A stretch of DNA of 64,000 nt from Candidatus Latescibacterota bacterium (lineage in GTDB: Bacteria; Latescibacterota; UBA2968; UBA8231), in the NCBI GenBank assembly GCA_965248265.1, contig CBDFJF010000001.1, positions 2,208,001-2,272,000 on the forward strand. Direction: 5' to 3'. The notes beneath the pieces are model-generated. The model did no database searches. It was not told the origin of the DNA and saw only the letters and a list, made by a program, of their open reading frames with translations. Shown here one piece after another: positions 37,633 through 48,271 of this stretch; position 1 is the first letter of the stretch, and each line of letters starts with the position of its first letter. The translations under genes were made by a program, and so were the position numbers.

Positions 37633-37959
37633 CTAACTGTCTGCCTGCTGCGTCTCTGCGGTTGCCCCTTCTGCCTCGGCCTCAGCGGCCTCCGCGACCC
37701 GGTTCCCGTCATCCTCACCACCGTAGCGCCGGCGGAACTGTTCGATGCGGCCACCGCGATCAGCGATGTTCTGGCGCTTACCGGTATAAAACGGGTGGGA
37801 GGCAGAGCTGATTTCCACGCGAACCAGCGGGTAGGTGTTGCCGTCCTCCCATTCGATCGTCTCTTCCGACGACATCGTAGAGCGGGTCAGCACCTGGTAG
37901 TCGGTGCTGATGTCGTGGAAGATAACCGGCTTGTAATCCGGATGGGTGTCCTTTTTCAT
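37633..37959 (-). CDS. rpmE2: 50S ribosomal protein L31, type B (no Zn ligands)
   Basis: MKKD.HP.Y..V.F.D, YP....EISS.SHPFYTG; no cysteines. Confidence 0.93.
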   Translation of the reverse strand: MKKDTHPDYKPVIFHDISTDYQVLTRSTMSSEETIEWEDGNTYPLVRVEISSASHPFYTGKRQNIADRGGRIEQFRRRYGGEDDGNRVAEAAEAEAEGATAETQQADS

Positions 37960-38055
37960 TGCTGGCTCTCTGGTCGTGGCTCGTGATGCGAATAGTTAAA
38001 AATAGGGGCAGAAAGGTCGATTGTAAAATGGGGCTCGCGGCGGGGTCCCATTCCC

Positions 38056-39507
38056 TCACTCATTCATCGACTTGAGAAACTCCTCATTCGATTTCGTTCC
38101 CTGCATCCGCTCCAGCAGAAACTCCATGCCTTCCGTCACGCCCATCTGATTCAGGATGCGTCTGAGAATATGCGATCGACTCAACTCCAGCTCTGTCATC
38201 AGCAGCTCTTCCTTACGCGTGCTCGTCGAGGTCACGTCCACGGCCGGCCAGGTGCGCCGGTTGCTGAGCTTGCGATCCAGGGTCACCTGCATGTTACCCG
38301 TGCCCTTGAATTCCTCGAAGATGACCTCGTCCATGCGGCTACCCGTATCCACCAGGGCCGTGGCGATGATGGTCAGGCTGCCACCCTCTTCCACTTTGCG
38401 CGCTGCCGCGAAGAACCGCCGCGGAAACTGCAACGCCGTCGAATCGACTCCACCGGTCAAGATGCGGCCGCTGTGAGGTGTTACCGTATTGTAGGCGCGC
38501 GCCAGCCTCGTCATGCTGTCGAGGAGGATGACGACGTCTCTCTTGTGCTCCGTGAGACGCCGCGCCTTCTCGATAACCATTTCGGCCACCTGGACGTGCC
38601 TGGTTGCCGGTTCGTCGAAGGTGGAGCTCACGACCTCGCCTTTGACGGAGCGCACCATGTCCGTCACCTCTTCCGGCCGTTCGTCGATGAGCAGGACCAT
38701 GAGAACGACCTCAGGATGATTCAGGGCAATCGCATTGGCGATGTTTTGCAGCAGCACCGTCTTTCCGGTAAAGGGGGGAGCCACGATCAAACCACGCTGA
38801 CCCTTGCCGATCGGCGACAGCAGGTCGAGGATGCGTGTGGTCATGTTGCCGGCGTCGTGCTCGAGGCCCAGACGCTCTCGTGGATGCAGGGCAGTCAGGT
38901 TTTCGAAGATGGTCTTGCTCTTCGTGACCTCTGGATCCTCGAAATTTATCGCTTCTACTCTAAGCAGAGCGAAGTACTTCTCGTCATTCTTTGGCGGCCG
39001 AATCTGGCCCGAGATGGTGTCACCGGTGCGCAGGCTGAACCGTTTGATCTGCGAGTGGGACACATAGATGTCATCGGGCCCCGGTAGATAGTTGTAGCTG
39101 GGCGACCTCAGAAAACCGAAGCCTTCATCGAGAACTTCCAGGACTCCCTGAGCAAACAGCAGGCCGCTGCGCTCGGTCTGGGCCTTCAGGATACCGAATA
39201 TGAGCTCCTGTTTGCGAAGCGCGTGGAAGTCGGGAACATTCAGCTGCTGCGCCAGCTCGTGCTGATCCAGAATGTTCATATTCTGGAGTTCGACGATGTT
39301 CAGCTTATTGTGGCGATCCCCGCCACCGCCTCCCTTGTTGCCGCGATCTGAATTGGACCGGGGACGGTCGGAGCCCTTGCCGCGATCTGAATTCCTGTTG
39401 TTCCCGCCACCGCGCTCAGGGGCCGGCTTGCGTTCGGAGGCTGCCGGTTTGCGTTCGGGGGAGGCCGGTTTGCGTTCGGGGGAGGCCGGTTTGCTCTCTG
39501 TCGTCAT
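38056..39507 (-). CDS. rho: Transcription termination factor Rho with low-complexity N-terminal extension
   Basis: [50 protein letters not shown]. Confidence 0.98.
   Translation of the reverse strand: MTTESKPASPERKPASPERKPAASERKPAPERGGGNNRNSDRGKGSDRPRSNSDRGNKGGGGGDRHNKLNIVELQNMNILDQHELAQQLNVPDFHALRKQELIFGILKAQTERSGLLFAQGVLEVLDEGFGFLRSPSYNYLPGPDDIYVSHSQIKRFSLRTGDTISGQIRPPKNDEKYFALLRVEAINFEDPEVTKSKTIFENLTALHPRERLGLEHDAGNMTTRILDLLSPIGKGQRGLIVAPPFTGKTVLLQNIANAIALNHPEVVLMVLLIDERPEEVTDMVRSVKGEVVSSTFDEPATRHVQVAEMVIEKARRLTEHKRDVVILLDSMTRLARAYNTVTPHSGRILTGGVDSTALQFPRRFFAAARKVEEGGSLTIIATALVDTGSRMDEVIFEEFKGTGNMQVTLDRKLSNRRTWPAVDVTSTSTRKEELLMTELELSRSHILRRILNQMGVTEGMEFLLERMQGTKSNEEFLKSMNE
39423..39494 (-). 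repeat. 21-bp tandem repeat in rho 5' end (KPASPER-like x3)
   Basis: GCCGGTTTGCGTTCGGGGGAG units read directly. Confidence 0.85.
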
Positions 39508-39868
39508 CTGGTTTGGAGCCTTTCAGGTGGGGTGAAGCTCGATTCTGCTATGCGGAGATTGAGTGACGTCACCTCACGGGACGAACATCTGTCGTCGGTG
39601 AGGATTCCTCTCGATTGTGTGCAAAAAGAAGGACGGACTCGGCGCTGGGCCGACCGTACGGAAGGCTATGCTGTTAGGCTGAAACTCGGTGTCGTTGTGT
39701 AATAATCAATAGGTAGAGGTAAAGCCTGGATGAACTTGGGAAAAACCGGGGTGTAGTTATTACAAGGGGTGCAGTTAGTACCAGAAGCAGAACTCGTCTT
39801 GCAGGTAAGGCACAAACTATGCAGAAACCCCTGGTTTGTCAAGAAGTTTGGGCATTTGAAGCTCGAGA

Positions 39869-39895
39869 GCTCCGCTCCCTATCAAGGAGCGGAGC
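39869..39895 (-). terminator. Hairpin after surface protein 1
   Basis: GCTCCGCTCC / GGAGCGGAGC stem. Confidence 0.6.
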
Positions 39896-39929
39896 CTCGG
39901 GTGTACTCGTGTTTACCGATCTCTGTCGT

Positions 39930-41678
39930 TCACAGTCCGAGCACGTCCTGAATCTCGGCTGCGTTCGCCACCGTCTTGCCGAAGTCATCGGCGAACCGGA
40001 AGAAGTCCTCAAAATTGATCACGCCATCCGGAGGGCCCTGACTCGGCCCGGCAATGTCCAGGATATCGAGCGCATCGCTGTCGACGGTACTTCCGAAGCC
40101 ATCGGCAAAGATGAAGAAGTCGTCGAAATCAACGCGGGTGCCTGCGCGGGAAAACCAGCCGACGATGTCGATTCCGTCGGGATCCGTCGGCTGCAGACTG
40201 ATGATTTCCGTCTCGTCCGCGATCGACAAGCTGGTCCCGAGTTCCTCGAAGACGTCGTCTCCTGGATCTTCGACTGCCTCTATCAAGGCGGCCAGACCTT
40301 CCTCTGCAGTGATCTCGGGCTCCTGCGTCGGGTCGTCAGGCACGGGTTCCACGATTTCGTAATCGACGACCACGCTGCCCTCGGTAACACTGATAATAAG
40401 GATGGCAAAACCTGGAGGCAGGCTACCCAGTTTCCTCTCTATGGCCGCCAGAATCTTGTCGATGAACTTGGTCTTGAACTCTTCGACGGCGGCCTCGTCT
40501 GTGAAATCCAATACAGCATCGATTATCGACTTCGCCTTGACGATCTTCCGCGTCACCGGCTTCACTCCCTGACCCTGCAGCCTTCCGAGGCCCTTGGCGG
40601 TAACCTCTTTCGACGGGCTCGTCGGATCGTCGGATATGATCGTGATGGCGGCCTCGTAGAAGATGTTGTCAACTGGCGTGAAAGTTACCAGGACTTCTAC
40701 CTCCTCATCGGGTTCGACCACTGATGGCACGTCTCCCACAACGAAGACTGCATCTGAGGATATGACATCAGCGATGTTGAGAGTTTCCCCACCATCGTTG
40801 GTGATCTTCAATGATTTTTCGCTCGACTCGCCGACCTCTATCCCGCCAAAGGCGAGCGTTTTCCGCACGTCGATTTTCGCCACGTCGGTGCCACCCGCGA
40901 TCGTCGCCGTCATGGCGATGACGAATTCGCGATTGTCCGGATCGTTCGTCTCGATGATGACGTTGCCGGCGTAATCATCATTGATATTGCCGACCAAGGC
41001 CGGATCGAAACCCACCTCGATCTGAGCGGAGGCGCCTGGCGCAAGAGGGGACGCGACGTCCGCTTCCGCGAAAAAACCCTCATCCGCGACAAATCCGAAG
41101 GTCAGATCGTTCAAGGCATCTGCGGCGTTCGACAAGGATATGAACTGAGATGCGACCTCTCCCAGGGGCACGGTGCCAAGCGCGATGGGACTAGTAAAAT
41201 TCCCAAGTACCGCACTCGGCGGTTCACCGAGGGTGACGCTCAATGCCCCGGTGGAGACGCTGTTCGTCCCGTCGGTCACCGTGAGGACGTAGTCGTAGAC
41301 CACTCCCGTGACAACGTCCTCATCGACATACTCTGCCACGCCTGCAGGGACACGGATCTCAACCGTCTCGCCACCCGCCTCGCTGCGGGTGATGATGTAC
41401 TCGGTGACATCGTTGCTGGCGACTATGTTCGCGCCACCGGCGTCGGCGTTATTCCCCGTAGAAGTTGCGCCGGGCACATCGGATGTCGACAGATCCCATG
41501 TCGCAGTAACACTCGGCCCAGCCAAATCAACTTCGACAAAAAAGTTACCGGGCACGATCGGCGCGGTGTTGTCGACCGCACCAATCAGATGGCCGTCTGC
41601 TGAGACAGGTGCTGAGCCAAATACGAGTGCGACCATAGCCACACCGGCGAAAAATCCCATTTTATTATCCCTCGACAT
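39930..41678 (-). CDS. Acidic secreted surface protein 1 (FN3-like, two ASH/choice-of-anchor-D Ig-like domains, SEA-like module, EF-hand/dockerin-like tail)
   Basis: Signal peptide; W..S..Y.I.R..Y.D....G..Y.Y; I.N.GG..L, I.SDDP; GSVVV; duplicated DF.DFF.FAD.FG. Confidence 0.75.
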   Translation of the reverse strand: MSRDNKMGFFAGVAMVALVFGSAPVSADGHLIGAVDNTAPIVPGNFFVEVDLAGPSVTATWDLSTSDVPGATSTGNNADAGGANIVASNDVTEYIITRSEAGGETVEIRVPAGVAEYVDEDVVTGVVYDYVLTVTDGTNSVSTGALSVTLGEPPSAVLGNFTSPIALGTVPLGEVASQFISLSNAADALNDLTFGFVADEGFFAEADVASPLAPGASAQIEVGFDPALVGNINDDYAGNVIIETNDPDNREFVIAMTATIAGGTDVAKIDVRKTLAFGGIEVGESSEKSLKITNDGGETLNIADVISSDAVFVVGDVPSVVEPDEEVEVLVTFTPVDNIFYEAAITIISDDPTSPSKEVTAKGLGRLQGQGVKPVTRKIVKAKSIIDAVLDFTDEAAVEEFKTKFIDKILAAIERKLGSLPPGFAILIISVTEGSVVVDYEIVEPVPDDPTQEPEITAEEGLAALIEAVEDPGDDVFEELGTSLSIADETEIISLQPTDPDGIDIVGWFSRAGTRVDFDDFFIFADGFGSTVDSDALDILDIAGPSQGPPDGVINFEDFFRFADDFGKTVANAAEIQDVLGL

Positions 41679-41788
41679 ATCCCTATCCTCCTCGGTAACT
41701 CTCTTTTCTCATTGATCGGGAATCGATCGCGTCGGAGCCGTTGCCCAAAGGCTTCGAACAGCCATTCGGTCGAAATTCACTACAAGTC

Positions 41789-41816
41789 GATATTCACTGC
41801 AAGATATTCACTGCAA
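41789..41816 (+). repeat. 14-bp tandem repeat GATATTCACTGCAA x2 (plus a degenerate third copy) upstream of surface protein 1
   Basis: Read directly. Confidence 0.85.
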
Positions 41817-41980
41817 CAGGAAGGTTGCAATCTACACCATAAAAAGGGTGCACGTCAAGGAAGTTTCTCGACGCCGTTCGGAGTGCGAACCAGACGATAT
41901 GCCCGACCCGGGGAGCAGAGAGAGAGGCGTGCAAAATCTCCTGTAATTCCCTTGTTATCAAGCAATTATGCAATAATGCA

Positions 41981-42015
41981 AAGCTCCGCTCCCCTACAAC
42001 AGGGGAGCGGAGCTT
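41981..42015 (-). terminator. Hairpin after surface protein 2
   Basis: AAGCTCCGCTCCCCT / AGGGGAGCGGAGCTT perfect stem, similar to 39869-39895. Confidence 0.75.
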
Positions 42016-43805
42016 ACGGTGTTGAACCTCTTTGTCTGTATTGGCAGCGTGTTAGATGCCGAGAGTTGAATCTCGGCTGCGTTCGCCACCGTCTTGCCGA
42101 AATCGTCGGCAAAGCGGAAAAAGTCGTTGAAATTGATCAAACCATCCGGAGGACCCTGACTCGGCCCGGCAATGTCCAGCACATCAAGAGCTTCGCTGTC
42201 GACGGTACTCCCGAAGCCATCGGCGAAGAGGAAAAAGTCGTCAAAATCGACTCGGGTACCGGTCCGGGAGAACCAGCCGACGATATCCGCGCCATCCGCG
42301 TCAGTTGGCTGCAGACTAACGGTTTCCGTTTCATCGACGACGGTGTCGACGGCACCGAGATCACCAACGAGATCAGGAAAGACCTCTACTGCCGGATCCT
42401 CGATGTCCGCGATGAGGTCAGCAAGGCTTTCCTCGACCGTGATCGCCGGTTCGCCCTCTGCGTCCGCGTCGGCGACGACCTCGAAATCAACGATGGTGCT
42501 ACCCTCTGTGCACGTGACGTTGATGACGAGGAATCCCGCCGCCAAACTGGCCTGAATATTGACAGCCGCGTTCAGTGCGCAGTCTGCAACCGCCACCGGA
42601 TCGGTGAAATCCAGGGAGATCGGGAAGGTCACCCTTGCCTTGACGATCTTTCTCGTCACCGGCTTTACGCCCTCGCCCTGAAGCTTCCCGAGTCCTTTGA
42701 CCTGGACATCCACAGAGGGATTGAACGGGTCGTCTGAGGTGATCGTGATTATCCCGTCGTAGAAAATGTTGTCGTCTGCGGTAAAAATGACCTCAACCTC
42801 AGCGGACTCGCCGGGTTCGATCACGAGTGAAGTGGATCCCAGGCTGAAGGCGAGACCACTTGAGACTGCGAGTTCTGCGTTCAACGTCAGACCACCGATG
42901 TTGGAGATCTCCAGTGTCTTGGGACTCGAACCGCCAACCGCGACGGCCCCGAAGGCCAGCACATCTCGCACGTCGATGGTCGCGACTTCGGTGGCCCCCT
43001 CGATCGCCGCCGCCAGCTCGACCTCGATCAGGCGGTTTTCCGGATCGTTCGTGCTGATGATGACGAGTCCATCAAAGTCCCCATTGAGGTTGCCGACCAA
43101 GGCGGCGTCGAAGCCGACGAACAACTGCAACTGACCACCCGATTCGATTTCGAAGCGCTCCTCGGGGCCGATAGCCGTACCCAGATCCTCGACGAAACTG
43201 GCCACAAACCCGTCGGCGAGATCGTACTCGAACCATACGGTGAGGGCCCCGGGTCCGCCATTGAACAGGTTGAGCGTTTCAGAAGTGGTCCCATCCGCTG
43301 TGACGACACCTAACGCGAACGGGTCGGCAGGCTCGATGGACACGCTAGGCGGTTCACCGATGCTTACGGGGAATGAGGCAATGGCGTCGCTCTCATTCGT
43401 ACCGTCAAAGGCACTGACCTGATAGATGTACAAGGGTCCGCTGATGACGGTGTCGTCGACGTAGGTTATCTCACCGGGAGAGACGCGCGCGATCTCTACC
43501 GCCTCGGCACCGGCCCCATCACTCACCTTGATGATGTAGGATTCGACGTCATTGCCTACTACCTGACTCCCGCTGCCTCCACCGGTTGTGGAGGTAAAGC
43601 TGCGCCCATCGGATGGCGACAGATCCCAGGTTACCGTGATGTTGGGAACACCCAGGTCAGCGACAGCATCGATGTTGCTCGGCGCCTCGGGCGGGATGTT
43701 GTCGACGGCGCCGATCGGGTCGCCCTGTGCCAGAGCCGGAACCGATGCGGAACCCAGAACAATCGAGATCACGAACGTGAAAAATCCCATCCTATTTCTC
43801 GCCAT
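41994..43805 (-). CDS. Acidic secreted surface protein 2 (paralogue); apparent frameshift at the extreme 3' end
   Basis: Same architecture; ATG 43805 after GAGGAGG; C-terminus runs into the terminator. Confidence 0.75.
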   Translation of the reverse strand: MARNRMGFFTFVISIVLGSASVPALAQGDPIGAVDNIPPEAPSNIDAVADLGVPNITVTWDLSPSDGRSFTSTTGGGSGSQVVGNDVESYIIKVSDGAGAEAVEIARVSPGEITYVDDTVISGPLYIYQVSAFDGTNESDAIASFPVSIGEPPSVSIEPADPFALGVVTADGTTSETLNLFNGGPGALTVWFEYDLADGFVASFVEDLGTAIGPEERFEIESGGQLQLFVGFDAALVGNLNGDFDGLVIISTNDPENRLIEVELAAAIEGATEVATIDVRDVLAFGAVAVGGSSPKTLEISNIGGLTLNAELAVSSGLAFSLGSTSLVIEPGESAEVEVIFTADDNIFYDGIITITSDDPFNPSVDVQVKGLGKLQGEGVKPVTRKIVKARVTFPISLDFTDPVAVADCALNAAVNIQASLAAGFLVINVTCTEGSTIVDFEVVADADAEGEPAITVEESLADLIADIEDPAVEVFPDLVGDLGAVDTVVDETETVSLQPTDADGADIVGWFSRTGTRVDFDDFFLFADGFGSTVDSEALDVLDIAGPSQGPPDGLINFNDFFRFADDFGKTVANAAEIQLSASNTLPIQTKRFNTVSSAPLL

Positions 43806-44038
43806 GTTCGTAGTCCTCCTCTTTGCTTTTACGTACACACACACACCACACTACGTGCACCCACCGCACGTCTGCCTGCAGGTTCTGATCAATAAAAGTT
43901 CAGTCGCCGAGGCAGTTCACGGGCCCAGTTAATATACAATACCGCCGCCCACCCGCACTCTTTTGTGATCTTGCGCACGTCCGTTGGGGTTGCCGAAAAA
44001 GATTCGGATCGGCTGCACCCTGGGCACGTCAAATGCAA

Positions 44039-44073
44039 AAAGCTCCACCCCTTTTCGCCAGGGGTGGAGCTTT
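44039..44073 (-). terminator. Intrinsic terminator after surface protein 3
   Basis: AAAGCTCCACCCCT / AGGGGTGGAGCTTT with a T-run on the minus strand. Confidence 0.75.
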
Positions 44074-44125
44074 CAGCACAAGCTACTTATGTCCTCGCAA
44101 TACTACTTACTACTGGATGGAAATC

Positions 44126-45928
44126 CTATCCACCCAGAATAGCCTGAACGTCGGCGGCGTTGGCGACCGTCTTGCCGAAATCGTCGGCAAAGCGGAAGAA
44201 GTCGGCGAAGTTCACCAAGCCGTCCGGCACCAGGTCTTCCCCGCTGATGTCGAAGACACTGTCAAAGCTCGGATCGCCCAGAGAGGAACCGAAGGCGTCG
44301 GCTAAAGCGAAGAAATCTGTCAAATCCACTCTCGTTCCCGTTCTCGTGAACCAGCCGGCGACAGCGTTGCCTTCCGCGTCGATGGGTTGGATTACGACGA
44401 CCACGGGCTCGGAGGCGATCGCATCGACAGTGCCGAGTTCCTCACCCGTTTCCGCCTCTAGAGCGGCGACGAGTGTTTCTGGTTCGTCCGCCACAATCGT
44501 CTCGAGAGCCGCGGCAGCATCAGCGGCGGATGGCGCTTCGAGATCGTCTTCGGGTGGATCGAGGATCTGGAAAGTCACCTCGGTGCTGCTTTGTACGACA
44601 AGCGTTATAATGATCCGACTCTCAGGAATACCTAATTGAGCAGCGAAAACGGCTCTGGCACTCGCTTTGAACGCTTCGTTTGCAGTCGACCCGTCTACAT
44701 ATATCTCTGGATCACTAACATCTGCCGACATGGTGATTACGACCTGGACTACCTCCTCCTCCACCGGGTTGTCGGGCGCGACCGTACCTTCGGTGCCCGC
44801 CAGAGTTATCGAGATGGCAGCCGCAGGATCGTCCACAGAAGTGATCGTGATCAGACCGGAGTATTCCCCCCCCGCTGCAGCCGGAGTAAAGGACACCTGC
44901 ACGACGGCCTCTGAAGTAGCATTGAGGAAGATCGATTCGTCTTCGGCGGCTATGTCGAAGACGAGGTCGCCAGTCAAATCGAGATCGGCGGTCAACGGCA
45001 GCCCACCAGTGTTCGTGATCGTCAGGGGTTGAATGCGGGTCTCGCCGAAAGGGACGTCGACGAAGGTCAACGACTCGCCGACGACATCCAGGCGCGCGAC
45101 GTCAACGCCGTTTATGATCGTCGCGGACAACGTATACACCACTTCGCGGAAATTGGGGTCGTTCGTTTCCACGGTGATGGTACAAGAGTGCTCTCCGTTG
45201 GTACTGCCGACCAAAGCAGCATCGATACCAAGATCGAACTCAAGTTCATTACCCGGAGGCACGAGGTAGACGTCCAGCACATCACCAACAGAGGGTTCGG
45301 CAAAACAAGGGGCAATCGGGAACAACTCTATGGTCAGCTCGGTTTCGGCCGCAGCGTTGCCTATCCCTATAGGGTAACTTTGTCTCAGGTTGTTTGTGAC
45401 GTCGATCTCGCCTAGGGGCTCGTCTCCAGCAGGAGGGAAAATAAGATCGTCCCCATCGACGGCGATCGGCGGATCGCCGAGATTGACGCTCAGCGCCCCT
45501 GTGGACACGGAGTTTGTCCCATCAGTCACCGTGAGGGTGTAGGAGTAGGCCACTCCAGCGGTAACATCAGCATCGACGTACTCTGATACACCCGGAGCGA
45601 GGCTGGTCTCAACATCGTCGCCGCCGGTCTCGCTGCGCGTAAGGATGTACCCGGTGACATCGTTGCTGGCGACTATGTTCGCACCACTGGCGTTGGCGTT
45701 GTTACCCGTAGCCGTGTAGCCGGCCACATCCGACGTCGACAGATCCCATGTCAATTTGATACGCGAAGCATCGTCCGGATCTGGACCGACTTCAAAGTTC
45801 GTGGGCACGATCGGTGCTGTGTTGTCGACGGCACCAATCAGATGGTTGTCTGCTGAAACAGGTGCTGAGCCAACCATGAGTGCGACCGCGGCCACACTGG
45901 CGAAAACTCCCATTTTACCTCTCGACAT
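44126..45928 (-). CDS. Acidic secreted surface protein 3 (paralogue)
   Basis: Same architecture; N-terminal third highly similar to protein 1. Confidence 0.75.
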   Translation of the reverse strand: MSRGKMGVFASVAAVALMVGSAPVSADNHLIGAVDNTAPIVPTNFEVGPDPDDASRIKLTWDLSTSDVAGYTATGNNANASGANIVASNDVTGYILTRSETGGDDVETSLAPGVSEYVDADVTAGVAYSYTLTVTDGTNSVSTGALSVNLGDPPIAVDGDDLIFPPAGDEPLGEIDVTNNLRQSYPIGIGNAAAETELTIELFPIAPCFAEPSVGDVLDVYLVPPGNELEFDLGIDAALVGSTNGEHSCTITVETNDPNFREVVYTLSATIINGVDVARLDVVGESLTFVDVPFGETRIQPLTITNTGGLPLTADLDLTGDLVFDIAAEDESIFLNATSEAVVQVSFTPAAAGGEYSGLITITSVDDPAAAISITLAGTEGTVAPDNPVEEEVVQVVITMSADVSDPEIYVDGSTANEAFKASARAVFAAQLGIPESRIIITLVVQSSTEVTFQILDPPEDDLEAPSAADAAAALETIVADEPETLVAALEAETGEELGTVDAIASEPVVVVIQPIDAEGNAVAGWFTRTGTRVDLTDFFALADAFGSSLGDPSFDSVFDISGEDLVPDGLVNFADFFRFADDFGKTVANAADVQAILGG

Positions 45929-46477
45929 ATCCCTCTCCTCCTCGGTAACTATACCTGTATGTATCGATAATCGGGGATCAGGCTCATGCGGTCTTGACGA
46001 CCCCAGGTGCTCTCGCCAGACAATCGGTAGTCAGCTACAACTGTATGAATCTGCACGGTCTTATAGCAAGTATTTAGACGGGCTAAATTTAGCGCTTCCT
46101 CGATGCAAGTCAAGAAGTTTCTCAGAGGGGATTTCATCCACTTGGCAGCTGTTCAGATCCAGGCTGATTGGGCACACAACCTACCTGGGTTTTTGTCATA
46201 AATTGTTTGTTATCAATATGTTGAAAGAAAATTACGTCGCTTAGGCCAATTTCAGCAGGTATCTTCCATCAAAAGGATAGTGCATCCTGGCGTTCACATA
46301 TGTGACCGGGCACACGAAAACCGGTCTGGGTACCTGATTAGCGGCCTTCAGCCACCTGCATGGCCGAAATTCATCCAGAGTGGGCTCGGTATTGCGCCGG
46401 TCCCCCCGAACTCTTTGTGTCTGTAAGCATCAAATGTTAGCAGGCGGTGGCAAATCCCCTGTAGAAAATCCGTGGTG

Positions 46478-48271
46478 ATGGCGCGAATCTCAGAACAATC
46501 CCTCGAACAGGTCAGAGCCAGTGCGGATATCGTCGATGTCGTGTCCGCGCATGTACAGCTCGCCAAGCGTTCCCGAAACTTCTTCGGGTTGTGCCCGTTC
46601 CATGACGAGAAGACTCCCTCTTTCAGCGTCAATCCCGATCTGCAGATCTACAAGTGTTTTGGCTGCGACGCCGGCGGCGACGTCTTCAAGTTCGTACAGG
46701 AAATCGATCGCGTCAGCTTCGTTGAAGCGGTCCAATTCCTGGCCGAGCGCTATGGGATCCCTCTCCCAAAAGAGGGTAATGACCAGAGTGACGAACTCGC
46801 GGACGAGCTCTTTCGCGCCAACGAGCTCGCGGCCAAGTATTTCGAGTACAAGCTGAAGCAGGACGCTGGACGGCCGGCACTCGACTACCTGCGCAAGCGC
46901 GGACTCAGTGACGAGACCATCGACCGCTTCCGTCTCGGCTTCGCTCTTCCGGGCTGGACCTCGCTCCTGGAGATGGCCGGTAAGCGGGGCTTCAAGCCCG
47001 AGGCATTGGAGCGCGCCGGGTTGGCATTACCGAGCCGGCGCAGCTCCGGCCACTACGACCGCTTCCGCAATCGCATCACCTTTGCCATCCGCAATACCTC
47101 AGGTCGCGTGGTCGGATTCGGGGCTCGAGGCATGAGCCCGGAGGATGAGCCCAAGTACCTCAATTCCCCCGAATCACCGGTCTACCATAAGAGTTCCATC
47201 CTCTATGGGCTGAGCGAATCACACGACGCCATTCGCCGCGCCGATTCCGCCATCGTGGTGGAAGGTTACATGGATGTCCTCAACCTGGTGCAGGCCGGCA
47301 TCAATGAAGTGGTCGCCAGCTCCGGGACCGCATTGACGGCCGAGCACTGTCGGCTACTGGCGCGCTATGCCCGCCGTGTGGTGCTGTTGTTCGACGGTGA
47401 TGCTGCCGGGTCCAATGCTGCCATGCGGGGGTTGAGTTCGATCCTCGACACGGGGCTCGATTCCCGGGTTGTGTCGCTGCCGGGAGGACACGATCCCGAT
47501 TCCTTCGTCCGGGAAGAGGGGCCTGAGGCCTTGAGAGAGATGCTGGGCGATGCCCAACCCGCACTCGAATTCTACCTGGACCAGCTGGCCAAGACCCTGG
47601 ACGTGACTTCAGTAGCCGGCAAGGCGGCGGCGGTCGATGCCATCATGCCGTTACTGGCCCGCTGCACCCAGTCGGTCCGCCTCGACCTGATGATTCGCCA
47701 GGCCGCACAACGGCTGTTGATCGACGAAGCCTCTCTCAGACAGGATCTCAAGAAGCACCTGGAACAGCCGAGCCGGCCCCGGCGCGAGTCCTCCGAGCAG
47801 ACTGGACCGGCACCGGTACATCTGCCTGATCCCCCACGCCCGGAACGGGAGTTCCTCGGGTTGCTGCTGCACAGTCCCAGGTACATCAGACCGACCGCGG
47901 AGCAGATTGAGGTCAGCGCTTTTTCTGACGAGCGTTGCCAGGCCCTAGCGGACATGCTCTTTCGAGAGTACAGCGATGCTACCACCCTCGACTTGAGCCA
48001 CTTGATTAACGACGTCAACGACGAGCCGCTGGTTCAGTTGATCTCATCGTGCGCGATGGTTGGCTTCGATGAAGATCAGGTAGAAGAGCAGTGGCGGGAC
48101 TACATCTTCAGCTTCCGCAAGGATTCGATGACGCGGCGCATCGAGCACTCCAGGGTCGAGCTGCGCTCGGCATTGGAAGCGGCCAAGGATGACGAGGTCA
48201 CCCGCATCAACGCCGAGATGGCGGACTTGATCAGAGAGCGCCAGTCACTGGAGTCCGAGCACAGGCACTGA
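46478..48271 (+). CDS. dnaG: DNA primase
   Basis: CPFH.EKTPSF..CFGC zinc finger, KYLNSPE, VEGYMD, FDGD.AG, DPD. Confidence 0.97.
   Translation: MARISEQSLEQVRASADIVDVVSAHVQLAKRSRNFFGLCPFHDEKTPSFSVNPDLQIYKCFGCDAGGDVFKFVQEIDRVSFVEAVQFLAERYGIPLPKEGNDQSDELADELFRANELAAKYFEYKLKQDAGRPALDYLRKRGLSDETIDRFRLGFALPGWTSLLEMAGKRGFKPEALERAGLALPSRRSSGHYDRFRNRITFAIRNTSGRVVGFGARGMSPEDEPKYLNSPESPVYHKSSILYGLSESHDAIRRADSAIVVEGYMDVLNLVQAGINEVVASSGTALTAEHCRLLARYARRVVLLFDGDAAGSNAAMRGLSSILDTGLDSRVVSLPGGHDPDSFVREEGPEALREMLGDAQPALEFYLDQLAKTLDVTSVAGKAAAVDAIMPLLARCTQSVRLDLMIRQAAQRLLIDEASLRQDLKKHLEQPSRPRRESSEQTGPAPVHLPDPPRPEREFLGLLLHSPRYIRPTAEQIEVSAFSDERCQALADMLFREYSDATTLDLSHLINDVNDEPLVQLISSCAMVGFDEDQVEEQWRDYIFSFRKDSMTRRIEHSRVELRSALEAAKDDEVTRINAEMADLIRERQSLESEHRH

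Noticed and set aside
36603-37811. Long antisense ORFs (also 38170-39087, 58646-59869, 447-1322)
   Set aside because: Shadow frames of well-supported genes in GC-rich DNA, with no recognisable motifs.
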